This document shows positions 53,284 through 64,000 of a DNA stretch of 64,000 nt, piece by piece. Position 1 is the first letter of the stretch; each line of letters begins with the position of its first letter. The position numbers were made by a program, and so were the translations under genes. The DNA lies in the NCBI RefSeq assembly GCF_001194135.2, contig NC_068985.1, forward strand, positions 107,605,948 through 107,669,947, in the 5' to 3' direction. Below the pieces are notes generated by a model. It was not told where the DNA came from, searched no databases, and was given only the letters and a program-made list of their open reading frames with translations. Origin of the DNA: Octopus bimaculoides. Lineage: Eukaryota.

Positions 53284-55178
53284 CGGATAAAAATGGTACG
53301 GTAAAAATAGCATAGGTAAAAATGGTACAACTGAAAAGGTAAAACTGGCACAATACGCAAGATTTCTTCCAGAACTTTGGAACGTACATCAAGCTGTCCC
53401 AATGACTTCGCGACAAAATAAATACGAAAAGAGTTACTCTGGTTACCATTTATCTAAGTGGCCCTACTACAACCCCATCATGGAAGTCATAGCGAGTAAT
53501 AAAGGAAAAGAGAAGATTTGCTTCCAAGGATACATGTGTAAAAAACAGATTGTAAGATCAACTACTGTCAGATGGAGAATGGAGATGTGTTAAGAGAACA
53601 TCTTTTTGTAAAGGCACCATGACCACCAGCCTTGATATGACTGATCCTGTAACAGCTAATGACCACAACCATGCTCCTGATTCTGCAGCTATTTCAGCCA
53701 CAAAATGCATCATCAACATGAAGAGAAAAGCAGCAGAAACGGAAGATAAACCTAGTCAGATTTACAGCAATAACATGGATGACTTATCAGTTGAAGGAAA
53801 GGCGCTACTTCCAAGTGAGAACATCATAAAGAGAACTTTGCGTAACCAAAGATCAAGACTCTATCCACAAGTACCAGAAAGACTCGAGGATCTGAAACTT
53901 ACTGGAGAATGGACAACTGCTGCAGCTCCCGAGCCTAAACCATTTTTGTTTTGCGATAATGGACCAGACACTGGCAACCGCATCATTGCTTTTGGTTCTG
54001 ATGAATCACTGCGGTTACTTGCTTCTGCCGATATATAGCTGATGGATGGCAACAATGCAATGGCTCCACTGGGATTTCTACAGCTTTATGTAATACGTTC
54101 CAGTTGGTAATACTGCAGTTTTTACTGTTTTTGCTTGACTGCAAACTAATACACAAGATACACATGAAACACTGCTGCAAGCAGTTATGGGTCGTCGCCA
54201 TGAGCTTGAGCTCTACCCAGGTCCAACGACCATAATTGTTGACTTAGAGTAAGCAGTCATCCAAGCTATCAACAATGTTTATGGACCGGAAACACACTCA
54301 CAAGTTTGTTTCTACCACCTGACTCAGGGCACCTGGAGAGAAATACAGGACCTTGGCCTCACCAACCACTACAAAGAGAGTGGGGACTTTCGTCAATTCT
54401 GTGGACAGATCGACTCATTGACATTTATACCAGTTGAAGATGTTCCAGCGGGAAATCAGTTACTCAAGGCTAGATGTCCTGATGAAGCAGCTCTCCTACA
54501 AGAATACTTCGATCAAACCTATGTTTCTGGTACATAAGTTCAGAGAAGACGGAACTCCCAGCCAGACATTCCAGCAGTAAACCTTCGGCGCATTTCAGCA
54601 AGGTTTCCTCCAAAACTTTGGAGGAAACCTTGCTACCATGAACGACTGTCCGAGAACCAACAACCTATGTGAAGGCCAGAACAACAAATTTTATCATCTT
54701 GATGGCTACCAGCACGGATCTATCTGGAAACTTATAAGAACGATTCAGAAGGAAGTGGCTGTTGTGAGTGCAGTGATGGCAAGGGATTCGGTGAACGACC
54801 CAGGAAAAAAAGCAAAGAAAGTATATGCTGATCTCCAACAAAGACTAAAAAAATTATGCAAAGGCTACACAGATGGAAGGAAATACCTTGATCAAGTATT
54901 AAGTGGACTTGATCACAACATAAGATTCTAGTTATTAAATTTTGTTTTTAAAGGTTAATATGAAACGGTGTTCTCATGTCTAAACATATTTGATTTTATG
55001 GAGGTTATACAGGTATATGATATACTAAGAAAATAGATTATATTCAAAACCAGTTTTTATATTAGACAAACTTTATTCTACTTTATTTGCCAATAGTGTA
55101 TATTTCAATAGGCTTATTGTGTTATTTTTACATATTTCTTTTACCCGTGCAATTTTTATTGTCCACCGTGTATTTTTG
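53284..55178 (+). mobile_element. Mutator/MULE DNA transposon, decayed
   Basis: Left end made of repeated ggtaaaaatggtac units and a degenerate complementary right end around 55137-55178, enclosing a transposase pseudogene. The right boundary is approximate. Confidence 0.8.
53480..54931 (+). pseudogene. FLYWCH-type zinc finger plus MULE DDE transposase pseudogene
   Basis: Reconstructed across frameshifts and stops: GYM...WRCVKR..CKG...HNH; (W>stop)LMDG; TTIIVDLE; VCFYHLTQ (CxxH); EYFDQTYV; RTNNLCEGQNNKF. A 7-bp duplication atggaga breaks the first frame. ORFs 53619-54038 and 54638-54931 are pieces of it. Confidence 0.92.
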
Positions 55179-56156
55179 AGCATGTGAACATGCGACCTTC
55201 AACACAGTATTTTTAACATCGACCCAGTTCATTCAACTGCCAATGACTGTCACTGGCAATTAGGAGTACACCCCGTGATGGACTGAAATACCGTTCAAGG
55301 GGTTAAGGTAACCCTACAACTCTCACTCACTTAAATGACTCGAAAAATAGGATAAGCAATGATTTTAATGAGAGTGTAGGTTCAAGACTTGCAGAATGGG
55401 ATACATATTCCTACATGAGACAGAGCTAATAGGGTAGGAATAATTCATGTAGAGCAGGGTTTACACTCTCATCCCATTACCTTCTATAAAATGGGTCGGG
55501 GACTGACTTCCAGATGTTGCAGTGTCTGGGTGTGTCCCTCTATTTGAGTAGTGCCAGACAGACTGTTGGAAACTATAGTTTCTACGAGATGCATCACTAA
55601 GTGATGAGGACGCACGAATTTTTTGGAGTTGCCATGGTTACTAGAGAGATAGGGATGCACGCGAGATTGGGGTGAGATTGAGCAGGTGCATTGGAGGGGT
55701 TGAAATTGGGGAATAGGTAGGTTAGAGCGAAGTGAGCTAAAATTAGGGATTTGGTAGATTAGATCAGCGTGGGGGCGAAATTAGGGAATTGGTCGGTGAG
55801 GGCAGGGTAGGATGACAGGTGATGGCTTTGGGTGGGGTAGAAAGAAGAAAGAGAGAGAGAGAGAGAGACTAGTGTGTGGTTAAAAAAAGTGAAATGAGAT
55901 GTAGAGAACAGAGGTGAGAGAAGATGGTAGAAGAGATTAAAGGTAAGGTAAGCGACTGCATGTGGCGAGAGGAAGACGGGTCAGAAAGGGATAGAAAAGG
56001 TTGATGGTATTCGTGACATATATAGAGAGAAAGGGGATATATTCGATCGAATTAACACTAGTTGAGGTTGTTTAGCTCCAGGTCAGTCCTCGAAAGACAC
56101 ATCTCTGATTAAAAATATTCCAAATGTGACCAAATCCTATTGTATTCAAACATAGA

Positions 56157-56400
56157 GGCGCAGGCATGGCTGTGTGGTTAAAAAGATTCTGGGTTTAGTC
56201 TCACTGCATGGCATCTTGGGTAAGTGTCGTGTCTTTTACTATAGCTCCGGGCCAACCAAAGCCTTGTGAGTAGATTTGGCCGGCAGAAACTGAAAGAAGC
56301 CCGTCGTCTGTATGTGTATTTTTGTGTTTGTCCCATACCACTGCTTGACAACCGTTGTTGGTTTGTTTACGACCCCGTAGCTAGGTGGTCCAGCAGAATG
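56157..56400 (+). mobile_element. SINE family A, partial
   Basis: ggcgcaggcatggctgtgtggt...gaaactgaaagaagcccgtcg...gcttgacaaccg. Confidence 0.85.
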
Positions 56401-56847
56401 AGAACTGAAAACTAAACAGTCTACTAATGTAAACAGTGAGGAAATGGAAGGGGAGGGGGTGAAAAGAAAAAGGAAACCGGTAAATAATCGAAATAGAGGC
56501 ATGCACACTCACTCAATTATATATCGCACTTAGAGAAACTAGTGGTCCCCTCTAAACGTTTTTGGGATACCCCAAAACATTCATAGCGCTATTCGCGGCA
56601 GAGATAATGAGACAATCAGGCAACCCGCATATCATCTGATGCTGCAGTGAAGAGAAACCCTAACGAAGTTAAATTTCTTTGTCAATGGTTCATCGTCCCG
56701 CCAATGCATTTATGTTTACTTGTGCAAATTATATTTGTTTTTATAATAAACTCCCAGAGAATTTTTATTTATTTTAACGATCCTCGTAAAAGTTTATACT
56801 AGAGGGATTCGAACTCAAACCGTAGAGAGACGAAACTAAATACCAAA

Positions 56848-56849
56848 AG

Positions 56850-56886
<37 letters not shown>

Positions 56887-57020
56887 GAGGAAAGCTAGAA
56901 AGAAAGAAACAAAGGATAAAAGATTGATAGAAAGAAAGATAGACAGAAGGAAAGAAAGCTAAAAAGAAGGATAGATAGATAGACAGAAAGATAGAAATAA
57001 AGATTGATAGAAAGAATGAA
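56848..57020. repeat. (TAGA)n / (GAAA)n compound microsatellite
   Basis: Visible directly. Many further (TA)n, (GA)n, (CA)n, (AAT)n and (CAT)n tracts occur in the window, and most N-gaps abut such tracts. Confidence 0.95.
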
Positions 57021-57667
57021 AGAAGAAAAGAAATTTCGTTCTGCATACTCGACATTCCAGAATTATCTCATCGTCCAAATTTTTCAAATTTCTATCTTTT
57101 TTTTTTACCTTTCCTGCAGACAATGAACTATAGATGTTGAAATTGAATATCAAATCCGTAAATATCACCCGCCCGAGAGGAATTGCAAGTGAAAAAAAAT
57201 AGGTGTTATCTCTCTTCTAATTATATCATAAAAAAAAAAAATGTTAGTCCTTCCGCAAAGGAGCTTAGCTAAAATGATTTCGATTCTTAGTTGAAGTTAT
57301 TTATTTCATTTATGACTTTATCCAACGTTGAAAACAGAAGGGAACAGCACAGGCCCTCTTCTCTACCTGTTAACAAGAAAAACATAATGACGCTCTAAAT
57401 TAACAGGTCCTAGGTATATGGAGAATAATAATTTATTTTGTTTATAACTGCAGCGGATACTAAAATAAATAAATAAAGGAACTGTACAAATCTTTTTTTC
57501 TATTTCTCAGGGTACAAGAAAAACAAAATGATACTTTAAACTGATATGAGATCCTAGGTTTGTAGAAATGACTCGAGATAGCAAATGTAAAATTGGGGAG
57601 AAGTATAGTTAACTATATCGAAAGTAGTATTTGATTGATATTCTTATTTGGTTGGCGAAGATAAAGG

Positions 57668-57726
57668 ATACGCACACCAGCCGTTTTCGGGGTTAGGGTT
57701 ACGCCGAAAACGAGTGGTGTACGTAT
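57668..57726. repeat. 59-bp hairpin mini-element with telomere-like ggttagggtta loop
   Basis: 23-bp arms (20/23 match); a second, inverted and partly deleted copy at 44485-44535. Confidence 0.8.
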
Positions 57727-58589
57727 TTTTTAATTCCGCCACTTATTCCATCGACTAAACAGTATAGAAATTAAAACCGACCTAGACTGTATTTATAATG
57801 TCATTAAATCCAACATTGACCATCAATGCAGAAAGAGAAGCTTGGCGATATTTCATACTGGTATCGAAAGATCGCCAGAAGCTTTCATCTCAAGCAAGAA
57901 TGGAAACCGGGTCGCTCAATTTACGCTAAGTTTTTATTTTCCTATAAAAAATTACCTGCTGACAGCTAGTACTTTCACATTATTTAGCATTAAAAAAAAA
58001 ACAACGTTGCTAAGTAACAACTACACAAAGAAAAGTGATATGAAAGTTATCTCCCTTAAACGCTTTAAAAAAATTCATGTATTGATAATAGCTGATGGAG
58101 CTGCTTCAGAACGTTATGTCAAGTGGCCCACTTCAGTTATTTTCGTTGTGTGTTTGTTTATTTATTTGTTTTTCAATTTTAATGTAAATGATATTAGTCG
58201 TTTTAAGCATCATTTTAGATAGACTGAAAATTGCCATAAGCCCACTGAAAGGTTTCAATCACAGTAGCTATCGTAGTATGTTGAGTGGCTTGACAATCGA
58301 TTACATAACACAGTGATTGTCATTTATCATTCTCAAATTAGGCACTTGAATCGGTTTTACATAGAAGAATTTAATAGTTTATAGACACACATATGTTCGC
58401 GCGCGTGTGTTTGTGTGGATACTCACAAACGCACATATACGTGCTTATGTGTGTGCATAAATATGTATATGTTGGCAAGAATAGAGAGCTATTCTTGGTG
58501 GGGGTGGGGGCGTTTTTTGAGGGTGATGGAAGGGATATTGAAGGGTCAGTGGGCTGTAGTGCACCTGAGCAGTGTACACAATAATTTCA

Positions 58590-58712
58590 TTGTCATCATC
58601 ATTACTGTTTCATCCTTTCTGGGTCTATAAATTAAATACCAGTCAAATACTGAGGTTGATGTAATCGACTATCCCCTTCCCTAAATTTCAGCCCTTGTGC
58701 CTACAGTAGAAA
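58590..58712 (+). mobile_element. SINE family E 3' fragment
   Basis: tttcatcctttctgggtctataaattaaataccagtc...gccttgtgcctacagtagaaaag. Another fragment lies at about 43470-43600 (-). Confidence 0.8.
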
Positions 58713-59764
58713 AGATTATTATTATTATTATTATCATCATCATCATCATCATTATTTGAATATAGAATCCATCCATCCATCCAGCCAGCCACATACTCCT
58801 TTATGTATCTAGTAACCTTCCTATGTATTGATCCATTGTTCTTTATAACGGGGATGTGTGTGCGTGTGTTCTGTCTCAAAGGCAGAACAGATTAATAATA
58901 TGTCTGTTGATGCATGTGTGTGTTAGTTGATGAGTGTGTGACTGTGTGTGAGAGCATGTGAGTGTGCGTATGTTGATGCCATTTAGAGAATTGTGCCCAT
59001 TTCATGAATAGTTGAAGATTACTATTATGACTTAATAAGAAGCAAAATTCTTGTTTTTAGAATTCCTAGGCCCAGGAAATATATTAGAGTTATTTTAGGC
59101 AAAAGTATGAGAGTTTCAGAGTACGTAAGTCAAAATATTTTTCGCCACAAAGCATTTGCAGCGGAAGTGGTTTATACTGTCATTATGTGTGAGACGTTTT
59201 CATTGTGAGTCGTTTAGGCTTAAACACCAGGATATCGGCTCCACCGGGCCTTTTCGTTCTAGCAGGTTACATGACTTTGTGATTAACTGAACGTGTTGTT
59301 TGTATTAATCGTTTTCAGCCATCCAGTCGTGTTGGCACAACAGTTCGTTCTTCCTTACGCGGGAAATTAATCACCAGCCCTGGGAGCCTCCTAATCTCGG
59401 CTGCGCTTCGTCTTTGGCACACACCACTGACTACACGCAATCGTCTCTGACAACGATGTATCTGACACCTGCCAGTCTCCGCTTTCATCTCCACCTGACG
59501 CCTGCTTACATCGTTGATGTACGAATACCACACGACCAACTGACCAACGGCTGCTTCTACACACCACCAAACCGTACTGTTGTACATCAACTTTGTCTAC
59601 AAGATCAACAGTCCAGCCTGACTACGAAGTCTCTCACACATCTTTGTTGTAACTTGTTATATTAATTTATTTCATGTATGGCAATCATTGTATTTCATAA
59701 CGGAGAACAAATCGTCGCTTGCCAGTTCATTTTCATCTCACGTCGTATATCATTTTCACATTTC

Positions 59765-60112
59765 CTTATTTACCAGCGTCGCCTTCCTGGCACTTGTGCC
59801 GGTGGCACGTGAAAAGACATTCGAGCAAGATCGTTGCCAGTGCCGCTGGACTGGCTCCTGTGCAGGTGGCACGTAAAATACACCATTTTGAGCGTGGCCG
59901 TTGCCAGTACCGCCTGACTGGCCCTCATGCCGGTGGCACGTAAAAGCACCCACTACACTCTCGGAGTGGTTGGCGTTAGGAAGGGTATCCAGCTGTAGAA
60001 ACTCTGCCAAATCAGATTGGAGCCTGGTGTAGCCATCTGGTTCACTAGTCCTCAGTCAAATCGTCCAACCCATGCTAGCATGGAAGGCGGACGTTAAACG
60101 ATGATGATGATG
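59765..60112 (+). mobile_element. SINE family C, 5'-truncated
   Basis: Colinear with 16632-16990; (GAT)n tail. Confidence 0.92.
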
Positions 60113-60184
60113 TAATACACTGTTTCCACTAAAATCATGGAACATCCACCATGATCCATTTTCAATACTTATTATTCCTGGGAG

Positions 60185-60400
60185 AGTTGGGGATGGAGAG
60201 TCCTCAAACACTTCCTCTATAAGTTCCTATCAGAAGCAACCATCTTTACACTTTACTGCTCAATTCCCAAGTGTGACCAACTGAGACTATGAATATCATC
60301 CAGTCATCTCGTTCTTGGCCTACCCTTACATTTGCTAATCAGCTCAGCTTGATGAATCCATCTAGCAATTCTTTCTTGTGACCTTCTAATTACACACACA
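60185..60400 (-). mobile_element. RTE-like LINE C-terminal fragment
   Basis: Minus-strand IRRSQERIARWIHQAELISKCKGRPRTR, followed by ..DDIHSLSWSHLG, typical of the end of RTE ORFs. Confidence 0.7.
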
Positions 60401-60740
60401 CACACACACACAAAAGACCGATTCTTTGTATTATAAAGAATTCTCTGTGACCAGTTATTTTCACCCTTTTGATGCCTGGTTTTATGATACAAATTGCCTC
60501 TAAAAAGTGATCTAAAAACTTTCCATCAAAACTTCTTGTTAATTTATGTTTCAAATACCAGCTTAATAAAGATAAGAAGTTCTTCATTATTTCTAAAATT
60601 AATTAAAATAAAATCTGTGAATTTCTTAATATTCTAATCCCCAAATATCCTGATCACAATGGTAGAAATAAAACTGGTGATAGAATCGAAACTATTGGCC
60701 TTTTCTCAGTTAGAAATCACCCTACAAGTTTCACTATACA

Positions 60741-61116
60741 GGCACTCTGTCGCTTATGACATCGAGGGTTCCAGTTGATCCGATCAACGGAACAGCCTGC
60801 TTGTGAAATTAACGTGCAAGTGGCTGAGCACTCCACAGACACGTGTACATTTAACGTAGTTCTCGGGGATATTCAGCGTGACACAATGTAACAAGGCTGA
60901 CCCTTTGAATTACAGGCACAACAGAAACAGGAAGTAAGAGTGAGAGAAAGTTGTGGTGAAAGAGTACAGCAGGGTTCGCCACCATACCCTGCCGGAGCCT
61001 CGTGGAGCTTTAGGTGTTTTCGCTCAATAAACACTCACAACGCCCGATCTGGGAATCGAACCCGTGATCCTATGACCGCGAGTCCGCTGCCCTAACCACT
61101 GGGCCATTGCGCCTCC
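60741..61116 (-). mobile_element. tRNA-derived SINE family D1, full length
   Basis: Reverse complement of 50450-50825. Confidence 0.95.
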
Positions 61117-62341
61117 ACACTTCAGCTATTAACCAGATATCAATTCAACTCTGATCCATCCACTAAACAGATACACATCCAATCAGCATGACTCTCTGAG
61201 ATTCAATGAAAATAAAAGAATAAAACAAAATGGTAACAATGATAGTAAAGTTTTAAAAAGACAAAACAAAAAAAACTGATGTTTTTCATTTCTATTTTTA
61301 CTCTATTTGATTATCTTACTGATGAATTAATTGATTAACTGACTGAGAGCAACATCTTTTGATTTTTCTGCTTTCTCCTTCCATAAATATATCCCTCTTT
61401 GAATACAGCTTTCTGTTTATTGGAGTGAGCAGAATGACAAGTTGATATGATTTACTTACTCCTGACTAACCTTTCATTAACACTTGACTTCTCACCCAAT
61501 GATGTCTTTTTCACATAACTACCATACCACTATTTATCTGTCTATCTTTCTGTGTTTGTATGTCTCTCTATCAGTTTGTCTGTCTCTTTATCTTTCTCTC
61601 TTTGTCTATCTATCCCTCTATCTGTCTGTTTGTCTTTCTGTCTCTCTATCTGTTTTTCTTTCTAATTGTGTGTGTGTTTGAATGTCTGTCTGTTGGTTGG
61701 TCTTTCTTTTCATTTCTACATCGCTTTATCCAACCATCCAGCTAACCCTCTGGTCAGCCATCGATCTGGCCATATATTCACCAGTCCACACCCCTCTCAA
61801 GCTGTTTTACATATCAGTTTATTTGTCTATCTATATTTATCTGTCTGTCTAATCCATCTATTTTACAAATTCATCAAGAGTGGGAGAGGCACAGAGAGAA
61901 AGAAAATGAAAGAGAGAGTTTGTCTATAACTTACTTTCACCTGATTAGCTATGGCTAAACAGGTCAGCAAACATATATTTTAATAACTGCTATAAACTGA
62001 GAAAGAAAGAAAAAGAATTATAGGCGAACAATAAAGAAAAAGAGAGAAAAGAGTGCACAGAAGTAACCAAATAAAGAGAGACAAGTAGAAGAGAGAAAGA
62101 TGAAGAGAGGAAGAAAATGAGAGAGGAGGAGAAGGTGGTGGTATTGTTGATAGTGATAATAGTTATTGATGTTGGTGAAAGTAATGGTTGGGGTGATAGA
62201 TACTGAAGTGATAAGGGAGAGAGGAAGAGAAAGACAGAGATAAAAAATGCAGAGGGAAAAGTTAAGTGAAAAGGAAAAAGACAGATTTCTTTATTTCGTG
62301 TGCAAGATTCTTGATGTGGATACGTGTGTTGAAAGAAATAC

Positions 62342-62683
62342 AATTAAACCTTGGGAGAGGCATTATGCTGGTAATAAACACACGCACTGGTTCAGTCCTT
62401 TATTAATTTATATAGTTTTTTGTTAAATTATTTCATTGCACTCTTGCAATCTCTTCAGCCAAAATTTGAGATCAATATTTGATTAACCCAACTCATTTCT
62501 AATGGCTTTGTACTGAAGCGATGACATCGGAATTTATTCAAAATAAATGGAAGTGGAGAGACAAGTTACTGAAGAGATTGCAAGAGTGCAATGAAATAAT
62601 TTAACAAAAAACTATATAAATTAATAAAGGACTGAACCAGTGTGTGTTTATTACCGACATAATGCCTCTCCCAAGGTTTAATT
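62342..62683. mobile_element. Foldback / long-TIR element (about 115-bp near-perfect arms)
   Basis: 62342-62458 is the reverse complement of 62569-62683 apart from a 2-nt indel and two substitutions; 110-bp spacer; no clear TSD. Confidence 0.85.
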
Positions 62684-63171
62684 AGATTTCTTTAGTTAGA
62701 CTGAAAGAGAAAGAGAAACAAATACATAAACACACAAGCAGAGATACCTTAAATCTGTAAGAAAATATAATAATAATATGTGTTTGTGTTTATGTGAGTA
62801 TATGTGTGAATATGTCTGTGCATTTACAACCATAATTCCATTTATATGCACACACACATAACGTATGTGTGTGTGTGTGCGTGTAAATTTAATTATGGTT
62901 CTAAATACACGAATATACTCACATGCATACACATACACGTAGTTAAAACTGAGAAGAGATATGTGACAGATTAAAGAACTTTTTTAATTCTTATAACCCA
63001 ATTAACCCTATCTTGTTTGTGCCCTTTTCTTTTCCCCACCATCTCTTTATTTTGTCTCTAATTTCTTTAGCCTTTCCAGGCCTTCCTCTGTGACACACCA
63101 ACAGTTTATGACATTGCTGTGTAGTAGCATTGTTGTTTTCCTAATCAGTTGTGATACATCATAATTTGGTT

Positions 63172-63549
63172 GGCACTCTGTTGGTTACAACGACCAGGGT
63201 TCCAGTTGATCCGATCAATGGAATAGCCTGCTCGTGAAATTAACGTGCAAGTGGCTGAACACTCCACAGACACGTGTACCTTTAACGTAGTTCTCGGGGA
63301 GATTCAGCATGATACAGAGTGTGACAAGGCCGGCCCTTTGAAATACAGGTACAACAGAAACAGGAAGTAAGAGTGAGAGAAAGTTGTGGTGAAAGAGTAC
63401 AGCAGGGTTCTCCACCATTCCCTGCCAGAACCTTGTGGAACTTTAGGTGTTTTCGCTCAATAAACACTCACAACGCCTGGTCTGGGAATTGAAACTGCGA
63501 TCCTATGACCGCGAGTCCGCTGCCCTAATCACTGGGCCATTGCGCCTCC
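63172..63549 (-). mobile_element. tRNA-derived SINE family D1, full length
   Basis: Reverse-complement copy; near-TSD acatcataattt / acatcacaattt. Confidence 0.94.
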
Positions 63550-63577
63550 ACACATCACAATTTAAAATCCATAGATA

Positions 63578-63850
63578 TGGGCATGGCTGTGTGGTTAGAA
63601 ATTTCACTTTCCAGCCACATGGGAAGTATTTTACAAGGCTTTCTAAATGGATTTGGTAAACAGAAACTGAAAGAAGTTCATTGTTTATATTTATATAATC
63701 ACACACATGTGTCAGTGTTTGTGTCTCCTTGTCTTGATATCACCCGTAGGTTGTAACCAAGCATCACCATCATACTAACAGTGTCCTTCATTTCCAGTCT
63801 TCAGTAAAAACATGCTTCAGGTCTTATATGTGAAGTTGGTTTGCCTGTAA
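63578..63850 (+). mobile_element. SINE family B, decayed
   Basis: ggcatggctgtgtggttag...gaaactgaaagaag...catttccagtcttc. Confidence 0.78.
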
Positions 63851-64000
63851 GCTTTAACACACTAAAATATTTTTTCCTGAATGTATACTGACGGAATATA
63901 TATATATCATCATCATCATCATCATTGATTAATGCCTGTTTTCCATGCTGGCAGAGATTAGATGGTTTGACAGCATTTGGTGAGCCACAGGGCTGTGTAG

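Noticed and set aside
55330-55860. G-rich/CpG block as a LINE or Penelope coding fragment
   Set aside because: It looks repeat-derived, but the minus-strand frames I translated gave no motif I can name, so it is unassigned.

Overview
AT-rich, microsatellite-dense eukaryotic scaffold with 11 N-gaps. The SINE families look like octopus (coleoid cephalopod) repeats; this taxon call is my recognition, not a database result. No intact host protein-coding gene can be demonstrated. Every recognisable coding stretch is transposon-derived: an RTE reverse-transcriptase fragment (1-325, -), an internally deleted Helitron with a RepHel N-terminal remnant (4771-6834, -), RTE 3' fragments and a decayed FLYWCH-MULE transposase (53.3-55.2 kb). 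There are more than 30 copies of about six modular tRNA-derived SINE families, plus hAT- and piggyBac-type MITEs and foldback elements. The most interesting signal is a set of minimal type I hammerhead-ribozyme motifs of the Penelope type. One is structurally complete and sits in a tRNA-headed SINE-like element (24649-24952), and two degenerate loci lie in head-to-head inverted arrangements (8.7-9.0 kb, 10.5-10.8 kb). The window also splits into a CpG-depleted left part (about 1-43 kb, probably the methylated body of a minus-strand gene) and a CpG-retaining right part with promoter-like symmetric motifs at 47.5-49.1 kb.
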